From NCBI GenBank assembly GCA_017508105.1, contig JAFVZP010000038.1:1-63240 (forward strand): a stretch of DNA of 63,240 nucleotides, in the 5' to 3' direction. The position numbers were made by a program, and so were the translations under genes. Origin of the DNA: Clostridia bacterium. GTDB taxonomy: Bacteria; Bacillota; Clostridia; Christensenellales; Borkfalkiaceae. Of this stretch, positions 9,000 to 19,198 are shown piece after piece (within the stretch, counting starts at the first letter, position 1; each line of letters opens with the position of its first letter). The notes under the pieces were generated by a model. That model did no database searches and had not been told where the DNA came from. It worked only from the letters and a program-made list of their open reading frames with translations.

Positions 9000-10811
9000 T
9001 TACTTATCCTTATTGGTCTTTAAAATCTCCATGAACACTTCGGAGGGAACCTCTACGCTGCCGATTTGACGCATACGCTTTTTACCCTCTTTCTGCTTTT
9101 CGAGGAGCTTTTTCTTACGGGTGATGTCGCCGCCGTAGCACTTGGCGAGTACGTCCTTACGCACGGCCTTGACCGTTTCGCGGGCGATGATTTTGCCACC
9201 GATTGCCGCCTGCACGGGGATTTCAAAGAGTTGACGGGGAATGGTATCCTTTAAGTTTTCGCAGAGCATTCTGCCACGGGGGTAGGCTCTGTCCTCGTGC
9301 ACGATGATGGAGAGCGCGTCGCAGACCTCGCCATTGAGTAAAATGTCCATTTTGACCAATTTGGAACGCTCATACCCGACCAATTCGTAGTCGAAGCTGG
9401 CGTAGCCCTTGGTGCGGGATTTGAGCTCGTCAAAGAAGTCGTATACGATTTCGTTGAGGGGCAGACGGTATTCAATGCGCACGCGTTTGGAATCGACGTA
9501 TTCCATATTTTTGAAGATGCCTCGCTTATCCTGACACAGCTCCATGATTGCCCCGACGTAATCGGGCGGAATGTATATTTCCGCCTTGACCATGGGTTCT
9601 TCCATGTACTCGATGTCCGAAGTGGGCGGTAAGTGCGAGGGATTGTCCACAAAGAACTCCTCGCCGTCCGTCTTATGCACCTTATAGCTGACCGAGGGCG
9701 CGGTGGTGATGATGTCCATATTGAACTCACGCTCGATGCGCTCTTGTATAATTTCCATGTGCAACAGGCCTAAAAAGCCGCAGCGGAAGCCAAAGCCGAG
9801 CGCCACCGAGCTATCCGGCTCGAAGGTGAGCGAGGCGTCGTTGAGCTTTAATTTGCCGATGGCGTCCTTTAAATCGTTGAACTTACTGCCGTCCAACGGG
9901 AAGATACCGCAGAACACAACGGGCTGCACCTTTTTATAGCCCGGCAAGGGCATGGGTGCGGGGTTTAAGGCGTTTGTGACCGTATCGCCGACGGCTACGT
10001 CCTCTATGGATTTAATGGATGCGGCGATATAGCCTACCTCGCCTGCCTGTAAAATTTCCTTGGGCTGCAGACGGGGAGAAAAGGCGCCGACCTCGGTGAC
10101 TTCGTAGACCGTGGGCGAGAGGAAGGTTTTAATTTTAGTGCCCACCTTGACCGAACCGTCCTTGATGCGGACGAATAGAATAACGCCCTTATAGTTATCG
10201 TAATAGCTGTCGAAAATGAGTGCGCTGAGCGGCTTTTCGGTGTCGCCTTCGGGAGCGGGGAAATATTTTACGATTGCCTCTAAAATATCCCGTATATTCG
10301 TGCCCTCTTTTGCCGAAACGCAGGGAGCGTACGACGCGTCCAGACCGATGATATCCTCTATCTCGCTCTTGGCACCCTCGATATCCGCCGAGGCAAGGTC
10401 GATTTTATTGATGACGGGAATAATTTCCAAATTGTTATCGAGTGCCAAATATACGTTGGCGAGCGTTTGCGCCTCTACGCCCTGCGTGGCGTCTACGATT
10501 AAAAGCGCCCCCTCGCAGGCGGCGAGCGAACGGCTGACCTCATAGGTGAAGTCGACGTGGCCGGGGGTGTCGATGAGGTTGAACTCGTATTCCACGCCGT
10601 CCAACGCCTCGTAGAACATTCTGACGGGCGTGAGCTTGATGGTGATGCCACGTTCACGCTCGATGTCCATGCTGTCTAAAAGCTGTGCAGACATATCCCG
10701 CTTGGAGACCTGACCGGTAAGTTCTATAATTCGGTCTGCGATAGTACTCTTACCGTGGTCGATGTGGGCGATGATGCAAAAATTTCTGATTGTGCTCTTG
10801 GGTTTTGCCAT
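9000..10811 (-). CDS. lepA: translation elongation factor 4
   Basis: [28 protein letters not shown] and NKIDL GTPase motifs plus a LepA-specific C-terminal domain. The start is at MAKPK (GGAG about 10 nt upstream). The upstream in-frame ATG at 10844 falls inside the predicted promoter. Confidence 0.95.
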   Translation of the reverse strand: MAKPKSTIRNFCIIAHIDHGKSTIADRIIELTGQVSKRDMSAQLLDSMDIERERGITIKLTPVRMFYEALDGVEYEFNLIDTPGHVDFTYEVSRSLAACEGALLIVDATQGVEAQTLANVYLALDNNLEIIPVINKIDLASADIEGAKSEIEDIIGLDASYAPCVSAKEGTNIRDILEAIVKYFPAPEGDTEKPLSALIFDSYYDNYKGVILFVRIKDGSVKVGTKIKTFLSPTVYEVTEVGAFSPRLQPKEILQAGEVGYIAASIKSIEDVAVGDTVTNALNPAPMPLPGYKKVQPVVFCGIFPLDGSKFNDLKDAIGKLKLNDASLTFEPDSSVALGFGFRCGFLGLLHMEIIQERIEREFNMDIITTAPSVSYKVHKTDGEEFFVDNPSHLPPTSDIEYMEEPMVKAEIYIPPDYVGAIMELCQDKRGIFKNMEYVDSKRVRIEYRLPLNEIVYDFFDELKSRTKGYASFDYELVGYERSKLVKMDILLNGEVCDALSIIVHEDRAYPRGRMLCENLKDTIPRQLFEIPVQAAIGGKIIARETVKAVRKDVLAKCYGGDITRKKKLLEKQKEGKKRMRQIGSVEVPSEVFMEILKTNKDK

Positions 10812-10835
10812 AATATAATTTCTCCGTATACGCAT

Positions 10836-10864
10836 ATTATACAAAATTTTCTTTTTCTTTGCAA
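10836..10864 (-). promoter_or_regulatory. sigma-A type promoter of lepA (TTGCAA-N17-TATAAT)
   Basis: Read on the minus strand, with exact 17-nt spacing. The -10 hexamer is immediately preceded by TG. Confidence 0.5.
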
Positions 10865-10905
10865 GAATTTCAACTGCTTTTCACTCTTTTTTATCCATAC
10901 GAGCA

Positions 10906-10935
10906 TTGACTTTTTGCGCCTTTATATTGTATAAT
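10906..10935 (+). promoter_or_regulatory. sigma-A type promoter of the YitT-family gene (TTGACT-N18-TATAAT)
   Basis: ttgact at 10906-10911 and tataat at 10930-10935. An AAGGAG SD lies at 10960-10965 ahead of the TTG start. Confidence 0.5.
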
Positions 10936-10973
10936 GAATATATCACAGTCCAACCGTACAAGGAGCGCTTTCG

Positions 10974-11873
10974 TTGCTGAAATTTTTTAAAAGTTTTTCA
11001 CCCTTGAATATACTCATGCTCACGCTCGCCGGTATCATCAATGCAATCGGCGTAACCCTCTTTTTGGTGCCCGTCAACCTCTTCGACAGCGGTATTTCGG
11101 GTACGGCGGCGCTCTTGAACAGCGTAACGCCCGAGCATTTGGTTTTGCCGCTCTTTTTAATCGTGCTCAATTTTCCCTTTTATCTCTTGGCGAATAAAAA
11201 ATTGGGCGTAAAGTTCGTCTTTTACTCGCTCTACGCCATTTCCATCTATTCCCTGGGCGCGTTCGTCATTCAACTTCTGCCCTTGGATTTTTCCATCGGC
11301 TCGCCCATCGTCGGCAAAGATAAGCTGCTGGCGGCGGTATTCGGCGGCTTAATCTCGGGCGTGGGTAGCGGCTTGACCATTCGCTACGGCGGCGCCATTG
11401 ACGGCGTGGAAGTGCTTGCCGTGCTGTTTGCAAAAAAAATGCACATCACCGTGGGCACCTTCGTGATGATTTATAACGTAATATTATACACGGTTTCAGC
11501 GTTTGTGTATACCTCCTGGGAAGTACCGCTCTATTCCATTTTAGCGTATGCCGTGGGTATTAAGGCGGTAGACTTCGTTGTCGAGGGCTTGGATAAGGGC
11601 AAGGCGGCGTTCATCATCAGCGATAAAGCCGAACAAATTGCCGCCGCCATCGCCGAGGAATTGAAGCGCGGCGTAACCGTGTTCAACGGCATGGGGTTCT
11701 ACTCCAAGCAGGAAAAGCAAATTTTATACGTCGTGGTCAACCGCTTTGAAATTGCAAAGCTGCAAAGCATCGTCATGCGTATCGACGAAAAGACCATTAT
11801 TTCCGTGCACGAAGCGTCGGAAATTACCGGTCTCAACGTACAGTTTTTAAAAAACAATTATTTGGAAAAATAA
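10974..11873 (+). CDS. YitT family membrane protein (DUF161 repeats + DUF2179 C-terminal domain)
   Basis: 299 aa with five or six hydrophobic segments, then a soluble C-terminal domain (ILYVVVNRFEIAKLQSIV). TTG start with a good SD. Confidence 0.85.
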   Translation: MLKFFKSFSPLNILMLTLAGIINAIGVTLFLVPVNLFDSGISGTAALLNSVTPEHLVLPLFLIVLNFPFYLLANKKLGVKFVFYSLYAISIYSLGAFVIQLLPLDFSIGSPIVGKDKLLAAVFGGLISGVGSGLTIRYGGAIDGVEVLAVLFAKKMHITVGTFVMIYNVILYTVSAFVYTSWEVPLYSILAYAVGIKAVDFVVEGLDKGKAAFIISDKAEQIAAAIAEELKRGVTVFNGMGFYSKQEKQILYVVVNRFEIAKLQSIVMRIDEKTIISVHEASEITGLNVQFLKNNYLEK

Positions 11874-11890
11874 ATATATCTCTTATAGCC

Positions 11891-11926
11891 AAAGGAGCGA
11901 ACAGAAATTATCTGTTCGCTCCTTTT
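11891..11926. terminator. bidirectional rho-independent terminator
   Basis: Perfect 15-bp stem aaaggagcgaacaga / tctgttcgctccttt with a 5-nt loop and a T-run. It lies between convergent genes. Confidence 0.7.
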
Positions 11927-11949
11927 CCTTACCGAGTCGGTATTGATTT

Positions 11950-13176
11950 TTACAGTTCGATGCCGTTTTGCTTTAACAATTCTCTGGCGCTCTCCACACT
12001 GTCCGTGCCGACGGCGTTTTTGACGGGCGCAAATTCCCGTTTGCGCTCAACCTCGTAGGGCAGACAGCTCTCCATGAGCTTGATCATATCCAGGATGAGC
12101 GTTTCAAATTTATAAGCGTTGGGCGCGTCGGGCGTGACCGTATTGCCATCTTCATCGACATACGGCACCTTCTTTTCCACGATATGCACGGGGATTTTTT
12201 TATCCAAAATCTCCAACGCCTTTTGAACCGAGAACAGATAGTTTAAAATAACGCCGTAAATATACTTTAAATCGCCTTTTTCATCCCGCAGGTTGGCCAT
12301 TTCTTCGGACATTTCGTAGTATTCGATGACGTTGGGCATTCCGTCCTCCAAGCAAAGCACCCCCACGCGCTCCTCGGGCGAGGTTTTGCACACGACTTTG
12401 GAGCCGCAATTACAGCCGCTTAAAATGGTTGCGCCGATGAATACGGGGTCGGCAATCCGCTGTAAGACGTTGTCCACGGCGTAGGTATTCAGCCATTCGA
12501 TGCCGCGGCGCTTTACGTCCTCTAAAAGTCCGTGCTTTTGCATGGACGTAAACCAACCGCCATTGCCGTTGGGGGAAAGGGCAAGCTTATCCTTGGCGGA
12601 GAGCAAGACCTTGCCGCATCTGTCCACCGCAGGCGCCATTTCCTGCACGAAAAATTGAACGTAATCCTTGGGGTAAGAGAAATAATTATGCTCTTGCCAA
12701 AAGGCTACGGTTTGGGCATGGTTGGTATCACTGGTCATGATATAGAGCGGAACGGGCGCACCGCAAGCCTCTACGACCTCCAAGAGATTTTTAACCTGCT
12801 GTTCAAAGATATACAAGGGCTTGGTAATGCCGACGTTATAGGCGCCCTTGGGTCCGTCAAAGCCCAATCTCGTGCCCTGACCGCCGGCGAGGAGTACTGC
12901 GCCCACCTTGCCCTCTTGAATGGCTTTTTTACCCACGGCGAAAAATTCTGCCTTGCGCGCTTGGATTTCTTCCAAGCGTAAGCCGGAAATGGGCTCAATT
13001 TTTCCCTTGCCGCTTAAATCCTGACGGTGGGATAAATTTTCCAATACCGAAAAATCGGTATCCTCAATTTGGCGCAAGAGCTTTTCCTGCGAAATAGAAT
13101 CAAGCTCGGGATAAAAACGCAACAACTGCTCTTGTGAGATGCTCTTTAAATATTGTTCTGCCTGTGAATAGGTCAT
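11950..13176 (-). CDS. UDP-sugar / UDP-N-acetylhexosamine pyrophosphorylase, UDPGP (eukaryotic-type) family
   Basis: The LLAGGQGTRLG nucleotide-binding loop and PNGNGG motif are typical of the UAP/UGP (PF01704-like) family. The start is at MTYSQAEQ (RBS AGAGGA). The longest-ORF ATG at 13248 lies inside the -35 box of the predicted promoter. Confidence 0.8.
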   Translation of the reverse strand: MTYSQAEQYLKSISQEQLLRFYPELDSISQEKLLRQIEDTDFSVLENLSHRQDLSGKGKIEPISGLRLEEIQARKAEFFAVGKKAIQEGKVGAVLLAGGQGTRLGFDGPKGAYNVGITKPLYIFEQQVKNLLEVVEACGAPVPLYIMTSDTNHAQTVAFWQEHNYFSYPKDYVQFFVQEMAPAVDRCGKVLLSAKDKLALSPNGNGGWFTSMQKHGLLEDVKRRGIEWLNTYAVDNVLQRIADPVFIGATILSGCNCGSKVVCKTSPEERVGVLCLEDGMPNVIEYYEMSEEMANLRDEKGDLKYIYGVILNYLFSVQKALEILDKKIPVHIVEKKVPYVDEDGNTVTPDAPNAYKFETLILDMIKLMESCLPYEVERKREFAPVKNAVGTDSVESARELLKQNGIEL

Positions 13177-13219
13177 AGTCCATCCTCTTTTCGTATTTTC
13201 AATACAATGGTTTGCATAC

Positions 13220-13248
13220 AGTATACTACGCTTTGTGCAAGTTGTCAA
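13220..13248 (-). promoter_or_regulatory. sigma-A type promoter (TTGACA-N17-TATACT)
   Basis: Read on the minus strand: ttgaca (13248-13243), a 17-nt spacer, then tatact (13225-13220). Confidence 0.55.
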
Positions 13249-13263
13249 GATATGATTTTATGG

Positions 13264-13304
13264 GAGAAAAAAGAGAGCGCCCCGAAAAGCCTTTTCGGAG
13301 CGCT
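13264..13304 (-). terminator. rho-independent terminator downstream of acpP
   Basis: Minus-strand hairpin agcgctccgaaaag..cttttcggggcgct with one mismatch, followed by a T-rich run (ctcttttttc). Confidence 0.6.
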
Positions 13305-13311
13305 TATTTGA

Positions 13312-13539
13312 TTATTTTGCAAGTTTTTCAAGTTCGTCTACAACGTCCTGCACGGTCTTGATGGTGTCGAAGGATTCTTCGGGTAACTTTACACCGTATT
13401 CATCCTCCAAGCTCATGAGCATTTCGACTACGTCGATGGAATCGGCGTTCAGGTCGTTGGTGATATCGTCGGTGGGTTTAATGGAATCGGCAGGGATATT
13501 CAACTGTTCCGCCAAAACAGCGCAAACTTTTTCAAACAT
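13312..13539 (-). CDS. acpP: acyl carrier protein
   Basis: 75 aa, acidic. The phosphopantetheine attachment motif is LNADSIDVVEM (DSI in place of the usual DSL). Confidence 0.85.
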   Translation of the reverse strand: MFEKVCAVLAEQLNIPADSIKPTDDITNDLNADSIDVVEMLMSLEDEYGVKLPEESFDTIKTVQDVVDELEKLAK

Positions 13540-13626
13540 TTTGTGTTATTCTCCTTAATTTTTGTTTATTCAACTGTATTCTATTGTAATACATTTGCCA
13601 AAATTTGTCAATCGCTTATCGCATAA

Positions 13627-14295
13627 TTATTTTCGCTTTAAGGTTTTTAACAGTTCCTTTTGCTCTTGGCTCAAACGGTAGCTCTCCCTCGCCTTTTGTA
13701 TGGCTTTGTTGTGCGTGCGTATATCCAAGGTGTTTCTTCGTAAAAATTCCACCCCTTCCGCAAAGTGCTTTACCAATACCTCGGATAAGAGCCACGAGGC
13801 ACCCATGTACGCATAGTACGGCGTTTTATCGCAGGTTTGAAGTGCGTTGAAAATGAAGGAAAGATAGCTTTTTTCTACGTAAAAATTAAGCAGAGTTACT
13901 AATGCAAAACGGGCAAAAAATTCATCGCCCGTCAGATATTTTTCAAGATAGGGTAAAAATGCCTCACGGTGCTTGGAGATACATTTTGGTTTAAAGGTGT
14001 CGCAGAGCGCCCAATTTTCAATGGACTTAACCGCATCGGGGAGATAGTGTAAAAACTCCTCATACTCCAACAGCGCCAAGACGTTGAGCTTTAAAAAGGC
14101 GACCTCGTAATACTCGTCGCAAAAAGCGGCAAGCGTTTGATACTCACCCTTATATTTTTTGACGAGTTTTCGCAGCAAGGGCGTGCGCACGCCGATAATT
14201 TTTTGCGCCCTGGGATTGATGATTTTTTGCTGAAAATCTGCAAATTTTTGGTCTTTATGGCGATTGAGTTCTTCAATGAGTTGAAAATATTGCAT
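13627..14295 (-). CDS. DNA alkylation repair protein (AlkD/AlkC-like HEAT-repeat family)
   Basis: The helical-repeat sequence beginning MQYFQLIEELNRHKDQKFADFQQKII is typical of this family. The ORF extends upstream to 14412, but that part overlaps the preceding glycosylase gene and looks non-native (Cys/Pro/Arg rich). Confidence 0.7.
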   Translation of the reverse strand: MQYFQLIEELNRHKDQKFADFQQKIINPRAQKIIGVRTPLLRKLVKKYKGEYQTLAAFCDEYYEVAFLKLNVLALLEYEEFLHYLPDAVKSIENWALCDTFKPKCISKHREAFLPYLEKYLTGDEFFARFALVTLLNFYVEKSYLSFIFNALQTCDKTPYYAYMGASWLLSEVLVKHFAEGVEFLRRNTLDIRTHNKAIQKARESYRLSQEQKELLKTLKRK

Positions 14296-14755
14296 CGAGC
14301 GCTTGCTCCCATACGCGGTAGTCATAACGGGGATTGGCGGGCGAGGTGGATGGCATACACAAATAGGGTACGCCGCAATTTTTATACCTCTCCTCAAACA
14401 CCGAAAAAGCACGCTTTCCGTTGAGTAAAATGAGTTGAATGTCGGCGGATTTTAAAACTTTATCTAAATCTGCCGCGGTATAATTCTGGATGCTTTCGTC
14501 CTTGGAGCCGATGATTTCACACGATTGCACTACGTCCCAAAGGGCGATTCCGCGTTGCAGCACGAACTGCTTCTTTTGTTCGTTATTTTCAGGCATGGGT
14601 GCATGAAAATAAGCAGAAAGCATTTTCCAAAAACGGTTTTGCGGATGGGCGTAATAAAAGGAAGTTTGCCGGCTTTTAACCGACGGAAAGCTGCCTAAAA
14701 TCAGCACCTTGCTGTTTGCGTCAAATACGGGCGCAAAGCCCTCGGCTCGCTCCAT
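14273..14755 (-). CDS. DNA-deoxyinosine (hypoxanthine) glycosylase, UDG superfamily
   Basis: 160 aa. VLILGSFPSVKS followed by FYYAHPQNRFW matches the family-6 hypoxanthine-DNA glycosylase signature as I recall it. Confidence 0.75.
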   Translation of the reverse strand: MERAEGFAPVFDANSKVLILGSFPSVKSRQTSFYYAHPQNRFWKMLSAYFHAPMPENNEQKKQFVLQRGIALWDVVQSCEIIGSKDESIQNYTAADLDKVLKSADIQLILLNGKRAFSVFEERYKNCGVPYLCMPSTSPANPRYDYRVWEQALDAIFSTH

Positions 14756-14760
14756 GGCCC

Positions 14761-15999
14761 TTACAGCGGTAACGCTGCGCTGACGTTGCCGACCAACGCC
14801 ACGCTGCGCTTACTTTCGTTGAAAATGTTCTCCAATGCCTGCATGACGTCGTCCAGAGTGACCCTATCGTACCGCTCTTGCAGGGCCTCGAAGGAGTCGA
14901 TTTTGTCTTCGAGTAAGAGATTTCTGCCGTACCAGAGCATTTGCGAGGAAGTGCTCTCCTGCGAGAAGATGCTGCCCGAACGGAGCTGTTCTCTTGCGCG
15001 GGAAAATTCTTCCTTGGATACACCCTCTTTTTTTGCCGTTTGTATTACCTGTAAAATGGCCTCGTACGCCTGCGTAATATTTTTGGGATTGACGCCTGCG
15101 TAGATAGAAAAATGACCGCATTCACGGTAGTGCGAGGAGTAGGAGTATACCGAATAGGCAAGGCCCAACTTTTCACGCACCTCCTGAAAGAGCCTGGAGC
15201 TCATACCGCTGCCTAAAAGCGTGTTCATAATTTGCACGGCTTCCAGGTTGGCGCTTGCGCGGGCTACCCCGGGATAGCCGATGGCGAGGTGCGCCTGCTC
15301 GATGGGTTTATTTTTAAACAGACTGCAATTTTGTTGCACGATGTGTTTTTGCGGTTGAATGAATTTTCCGCCGACCATGCCCGAGAAATACTGCTCTACC
15401 ATTGCCTTTGCCTGCGCAAAGGATACGGCACCGGCAAAGCTGATGACGATGTTTTCGGGACGGTAAAACTTGGCCTTATAAGCGTCTACGTCGGCCTTTT
15501 TGAAGCCCTTGACGTTGTCCACGGGGCCTAAAATATTTCTGCCGTAGCCGCTCTTGCCGTACATGGCGTTGGAGAGTAAGTCCAAGCATAAATCGTCGGG
15601 CGTGTCCTCGTTCATGGCGATTTCCTCGACGATGACCCCCTTTTCACGCACGGCTTCCTCTTCGGGAAATGTGGAGTTCAAAAACAAATCGCTTAAAATT
15701 TCAAAGGCCTGCTCGGCACGGGCAGAGGTGGCTTTGGAATAATAACAGGTGATGTCCTTGCTAGTAAAGGCGTTGACCTGTGCGCCGATGTTGTCGAAGG
15801 CGACGGAAATTTCCTGTGCGTTGCGCTTATTCGTGCCCTTGAACTGCATATGCTCGATGTAGTGCGAAATGCCGTCCTCCCGGTCGCTTTCGTAGGCGCC
15901 GCCCACGCCGACCAAAATGCCCATAGTGACGGACAGCAGCCCGTCCATTTGCTTGACGATTAATTTTAATCCGTTGTCAAAAGTATAACTGTTAACCAT
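14761..15999 (-). CDS. M16 family (pitrilysin/insulinase-like) zinc peptidase
   Basis: 412 aa with the inverted zinc-binding motif HxxEH (HYIEHMQFKGT) and a downstream Glu-rich region. Confidence 0.85.
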   Translation of the reverse strand: MVNSYTFDNGLKLIVKQMDGLLSVTMGILVGVGGAYESDREDGISHYIEHMQFKGTNKRNAQEISVAFDNIGAQVNAFTSKDITCYYSKATSARAEQAFEILSDLFLNSTFPEEEAVREKGVIVEEIAMNEDTPDDLCLDLLSNAMYGKSGYGRNILGPVDNVKGFKKADVDAYKAKFYRPENIVISFAGAVSFAQAKAMVEQYFSGMVGGKFIQPQKHIVQQNCSLFKNKPIEQAHLAIGYPGVARASANLEAVQIMNTLLGSGMSSRLFQEVREKLGLAYSVYSYSSHYRECGHFSIYAGVNPKNITQAYEAILQVIQTAKKEGVSKEEFSRAREQLRSGSIFSQESTSSQMLWYGRNLLLEDKIDSFEALQERYDRVTLDDVMQALENIFNESKRSVALVGNVSAALPL

Positions 16000-16013
16000 A
16001 ATAAATAAAACTT

Positions 16014-16721
16014 CTATCCTCCGTATGTAATGTTTTCACTGACTGTTACCGCACGCAAGCACTTTTCTTGGTAATTTTTCAAAATTCTCGGCAGGGCCAA
16101 AACGGTATGCGCCATGGGATGCGTTAAAATAAAATCTCCGCCCACTACGCCGTCGGTTGCGCGGGTGTACGCCAATTCAGCGTTCTTATCCCGCCAATCC
16201 ACGGTGTCCTTGCTCCATAAAACGGTCTTTAACCCCAAATCGTTGCAGACCTTGACCGTCGTATCGTTGTATGCGCCCGAGGGCGGGGCAAAGAGGGTTA
16301 TATCCACGCCCGTCGTCAACAGAATGAGCCGCCGGGAGAGCGTAATTTCCTCCGCCGTCTGTGCGTAATTGAGCGTGGTGCAGTCCTTATGAAAGTAACC
16401 GTGGCTGCCCAACTCGTGCCCACGTTTTACAATTTCCTTTAAACACTGCGCGTTATCGTCCGCCCAGGCACCGCCGATGAAGAAGGTGGCTTTGGCTTGA
16501 TATTCGTCTAAAATATCCAGCATCTGATATACTTCCTGCGTGCCCCAATAGACGTTGACGAGCAGAGAAACGCAGTCGCTCTCCTTTGTGCCGTGGTAGT
16601 ACACACCCTGCTTTGCCGACGTGGGTACGGACACGGGGTATAGGCATACAACGCCGATGAATAAGGCAATGACGAGCAGGAATAAGTTGGAACCGATGAT
16701 AATTTTCTTTTTTTCAGACAA
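16014..16721 (-). CDS. polysaccharide deacetylase family protein (NodB homology domain), membrane anchored
   Basis: N-terminal TM segment (IIGSNLFLLVIALFIGVV), then TFFIGGAW, GHELGSHGYFH and LWSKDTVDW NodB-type motifs. Confidence 0.85.
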   Translation of the reverse strand: MSEKKKIIIGSNLFLLVIALFIGVVCLYPVSVPTSAKQGVYYHGTKESDCVSLLVNVYWGTQEVYQMLDILDEYQAKATFFIGGAWADDNAQCLKEIVKRGHELGSHGYFHKDCTTLNYAQTAEEITLSRRLILLTTGVDITLFAPPSGAYNDTTVKVCNDLGLKTVLWSKDTVDWRDKNAELAYTRATDGVVGGDFILTHPMAHTVLALPRILKNYQEKCLRAVTVSENITYGG

Positions 16722-16801
16722 GGATAGTTTACCTCAAAATAAAAATACATATTATTTGTATTCTGATTTTTTGTTAAACTTTCCCGTTTTTGAAAATTGC
16801 G

Positions 16802-19198
16802 CTATTTCATTTTGACAAAGGTAACGCCGCCTTCGCCCTCGCCGTATACGCCGAGGCGGTAGCTCGCCACGCGCATATGCGTGCGTAAGTATTCGTGAAT
16901 ACCCTTTTTCAGCCTACCCATGCCAAAGCCGTGCACGATTTTTACTTCTTCAATCCCGGAAATAATCGCCGAGTCTAAGAAGGGGTCGATTTCGGCAATC
17001 GCTTCCGAAACGGTCAAGCCGATGACGTTGATTTCATGCAGCGGCGACAGGGGCGCTTGCAGGTTTTTGACCACCTGCACACCCTCGGCGGGACGGAATT
17101 TTGTTTTCCCTTTCTTTTTGTCTTTATTCTTGGGCATGGGTGCGGGCATTAACAAAGAGTTTATCTTCATGCGGGCGCGGATGCCGTTGACTTCCACCTC
17201 GGCTTCCCCCTTCTCCGTTCGAAGCGAACGGACGATGCCCTCGCTGTCCATAGCCGGAACGTAGACCTTATCCCCCACCCGAAGCGAGGCGGTATCCAAG
17301 GGTAAATATTCGGGAGATACCCTTTCTTCCTCGTCGGTTTGATACATTTTATCGGCAAGCTGATTTTTGAGCGTGCGGGCACGGATGAGGTCGGATTGAT
17401 TAATTTCTTCCTGCGAGAAGATTTTTTCTATTTCCGAAAGCAATTCCTCCGCCTCGGCGGTGCGCATGGAAATAATGCGCTTGGCTTCGCTCTTGGCTTT
17501 GAAAGAGAACTTCTCTTTTTCCGCGCGGAATTTCTCACGTTCGCTATTCAACTCGGCAACCTTGTCCTGCCATTCCCGTTTGACCTTTTGCGCCTCGGTG
17601 CGCTCACGCTCGGCTTGAATGCGACTGTCCTCGGCTTGGCGCAGAATATTTTCAAACTGCTTGGTGCCTTCGGAGAGGTTGGAGAGCGCCAAATTGAGAA
17701 TTTGCTCGTTGAGCCCCAACCGACGGGAGATGAGCAAGGCGTTGCTCGCCCCCGGCATACCGATTTTGATGTTGTACAGAGGTTGCAGGGTTTGCGCGTC
17801 GAACTCCATGGAAGCATTTTCAATGCCGCCGACGGCGTACGCAAATTCCTTTAATGCGGTATAGTGCGTGGTAATAATGCCCTTTGCGCCCTTTTGCAGT
17901 AAATACTGCGTCACCGCACGGGCAAGCGCCTGCCCTTCCTCGGGGTCAGTTCCGCCGCCCAATTCGTCGATGAGCACCAAGCTGTTGCCATCGGCGTTTT
18001 TGGTGATTTCGATGATATTTTTGATGTGTGAGGAGAAAGTGGACAAACTTTCTTCAATGCTCTGCGCATCGCCGATGTCACAGAATACCGAACGGAACAC
18101 GCCCACTTCCGTACCCTCGGCTGCGGGCAAAAACAGTCCGCACATCGCCATTAGACAGAATAGCCCCGTCATCTTTAAGGTTACGGTTTTGCCGCCCGTA
18201 TTCGGACCGCTGACGAGCAGAAAATTATATTTCTCCCCGAGCGATAACGACACGGGAATGACCTTATCTTTATCAATGAGTGGATGTCTGCCCTTGATAA
18301 TGCGAATGATTCCCTTATCGTTGACGGCAGGACGGGAGGACTTGGTTTTATAGCCGTATTCAGCCCTGGCGAAGAAGCCGTCCAATGTACATAAGATATC
18401 CATGTCTGAAATCAAGCCGTCGGAGATTGCGCCGATACGCACGGAAAGCTCGTGCAAAATGCGTTCGACTTCTTCCTTTTCGTCAATGACCAATGAGCGC
18501 AGCTCGTTGTTCATTTCCAGCACCTGTTCGGGCTCGATGAATACGGTTGCGCCCGTCTGGGATTTATCGTGAATGAAGCCCTTAACGCTGCGCTTATACT
18601 CGGTGCGCACGGGTAAAACGTATCTGTCTCCACGCATGGTGACGATGTTTTCCTGTAAATATTTTGCCGTGTCGCCCGTCAGATATTCGCCGAGCTTGGC
18701 GCGGATTCGTTCGTTTAACAGTTTAATCTCTTGCCGAATGGAATGCAGCTTGGCGGAGGCGAAATCGCTGACCTGGGTATCGTTTAAAATTTTACTGCGG
18801 ATATCGTCCTCCAAGTTGCGTTCAAACGCCAGGTGCATGATTAAACGCTTGACGTTGGGCAGCTCCTCGTCGGTAACCCCTTCAATCGAGCTGTACGCCA
18901 CCCTTGCCGAACGCAAGAGCGCCGCTACTCCCAACAGCTCGCCGCAGGAGAGTGTGGAGCCTTTTTTGGCACGCTTCAATTCGTCTAAAAGGGGCGGGAA
19001 ATACTCCACCTTGCCCGTGCCGTAGCGGTATAAGAGCAACGAGCATTCCTCCGTGGTCGCCAAAAGCGCCTTGACCTCTTTGAGCTGCGTGGCAGGCTGC
19101 AGTGCTTGCAGGGCGGTTTTGGCGCCGTCCAACACGGCAAATTCACTGCAAGCGGATAATATTTTATTCAGTTCCAAACGGGTTTGAGAATGGGTCAT
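16802..19198 (-). CDS. mutS2: endonuclease MutS2
   Basis: 798 aa with a MutS ATPase core (SGPNTGGKT, LIDELGGGTDPEEG), a long coiled coil and a C-terminal Smr domain (IVHGFGMGRLKKGI). Confidence 0.95.
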   Translation of the reverse strand: MTHSQTRLELNKILSACSEFAVLDGAKTALQALQPATQLKEVKALLATTEECSLLLYRYGTGKVEYFPPLLDELKRAKKGSTLSCGELLGVAALLRSARVAYSSIEGVTDEELPNVKRLIMHLAFERNLEDDIRSKILNDTQVSDFASAKLHSIRQEIKLLNERIRAKLGEYLTGDTAKYLQENIVTMRGDRYVLPVRTEYKRSVKGFIHDKSQTGATVFIEPEQVLEMNNELRSLVIDEKEEVERILHELSVRIGAISDGLISDMDILCTLDGFFARAEYGYKTKSSRPAVNDKGIIRIIKGRHPLIDKDKVIPVSLSLGEKYNFLLVSGPNTGGKTVTLKMTGLFCLMAMCGLFLPAAEGTEVGVFRSVFCDIGDAQSIEESLSTFSSHIKNIIEITKNADGNSLVLIDELGGGTDPEEGQALARAVTQYLLQKGAKGIITTHYTALKEFAYAVGGIENASMEFDAQTLQPLYNIKIGMPGASNALLISRRLGLNEQILNLALSNLSEGTKQFENILRQAEDSRIQAERERTEAQKVKREWQDKVAELNSEREKFRAEKEKFSFKAKSEAKRIISMRTAEAEELLSEIEKIFSQEEINQSDLIRARTLKNQLADKMYQTDEEERVSPEYLPLDTASLRVGDKVYVPAMDSEGIVRSLRTEKGEAEVEVNGIRARMKINSLLMPAPMPKNKDKKKGKTKFRPAEGVQVVKNLQAPLSPLHEINVIGLTVSEAIAEIDPFLDSAIISGIEEVKIVHGFGMGRLKKGIHEYLRTHMRVASYRLGVYGEGEGGVTFVKMK

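Noticed and set aside
10812-10844. N-terminal extensions of the longest ORFs: lepA to 10844, the UDPGP gene to 13248, rnc to 51857, the AlkD-like gene to 14412, ylxM to 42967, and DUF1653 to 43238.
   Set aside because: The extensions overlap predicted promoter hexamers or upstream genes, lack an SD, and add non-homologous Cys/Arg-rich residues. Internal ATGs with good SDs match the family N-termini.
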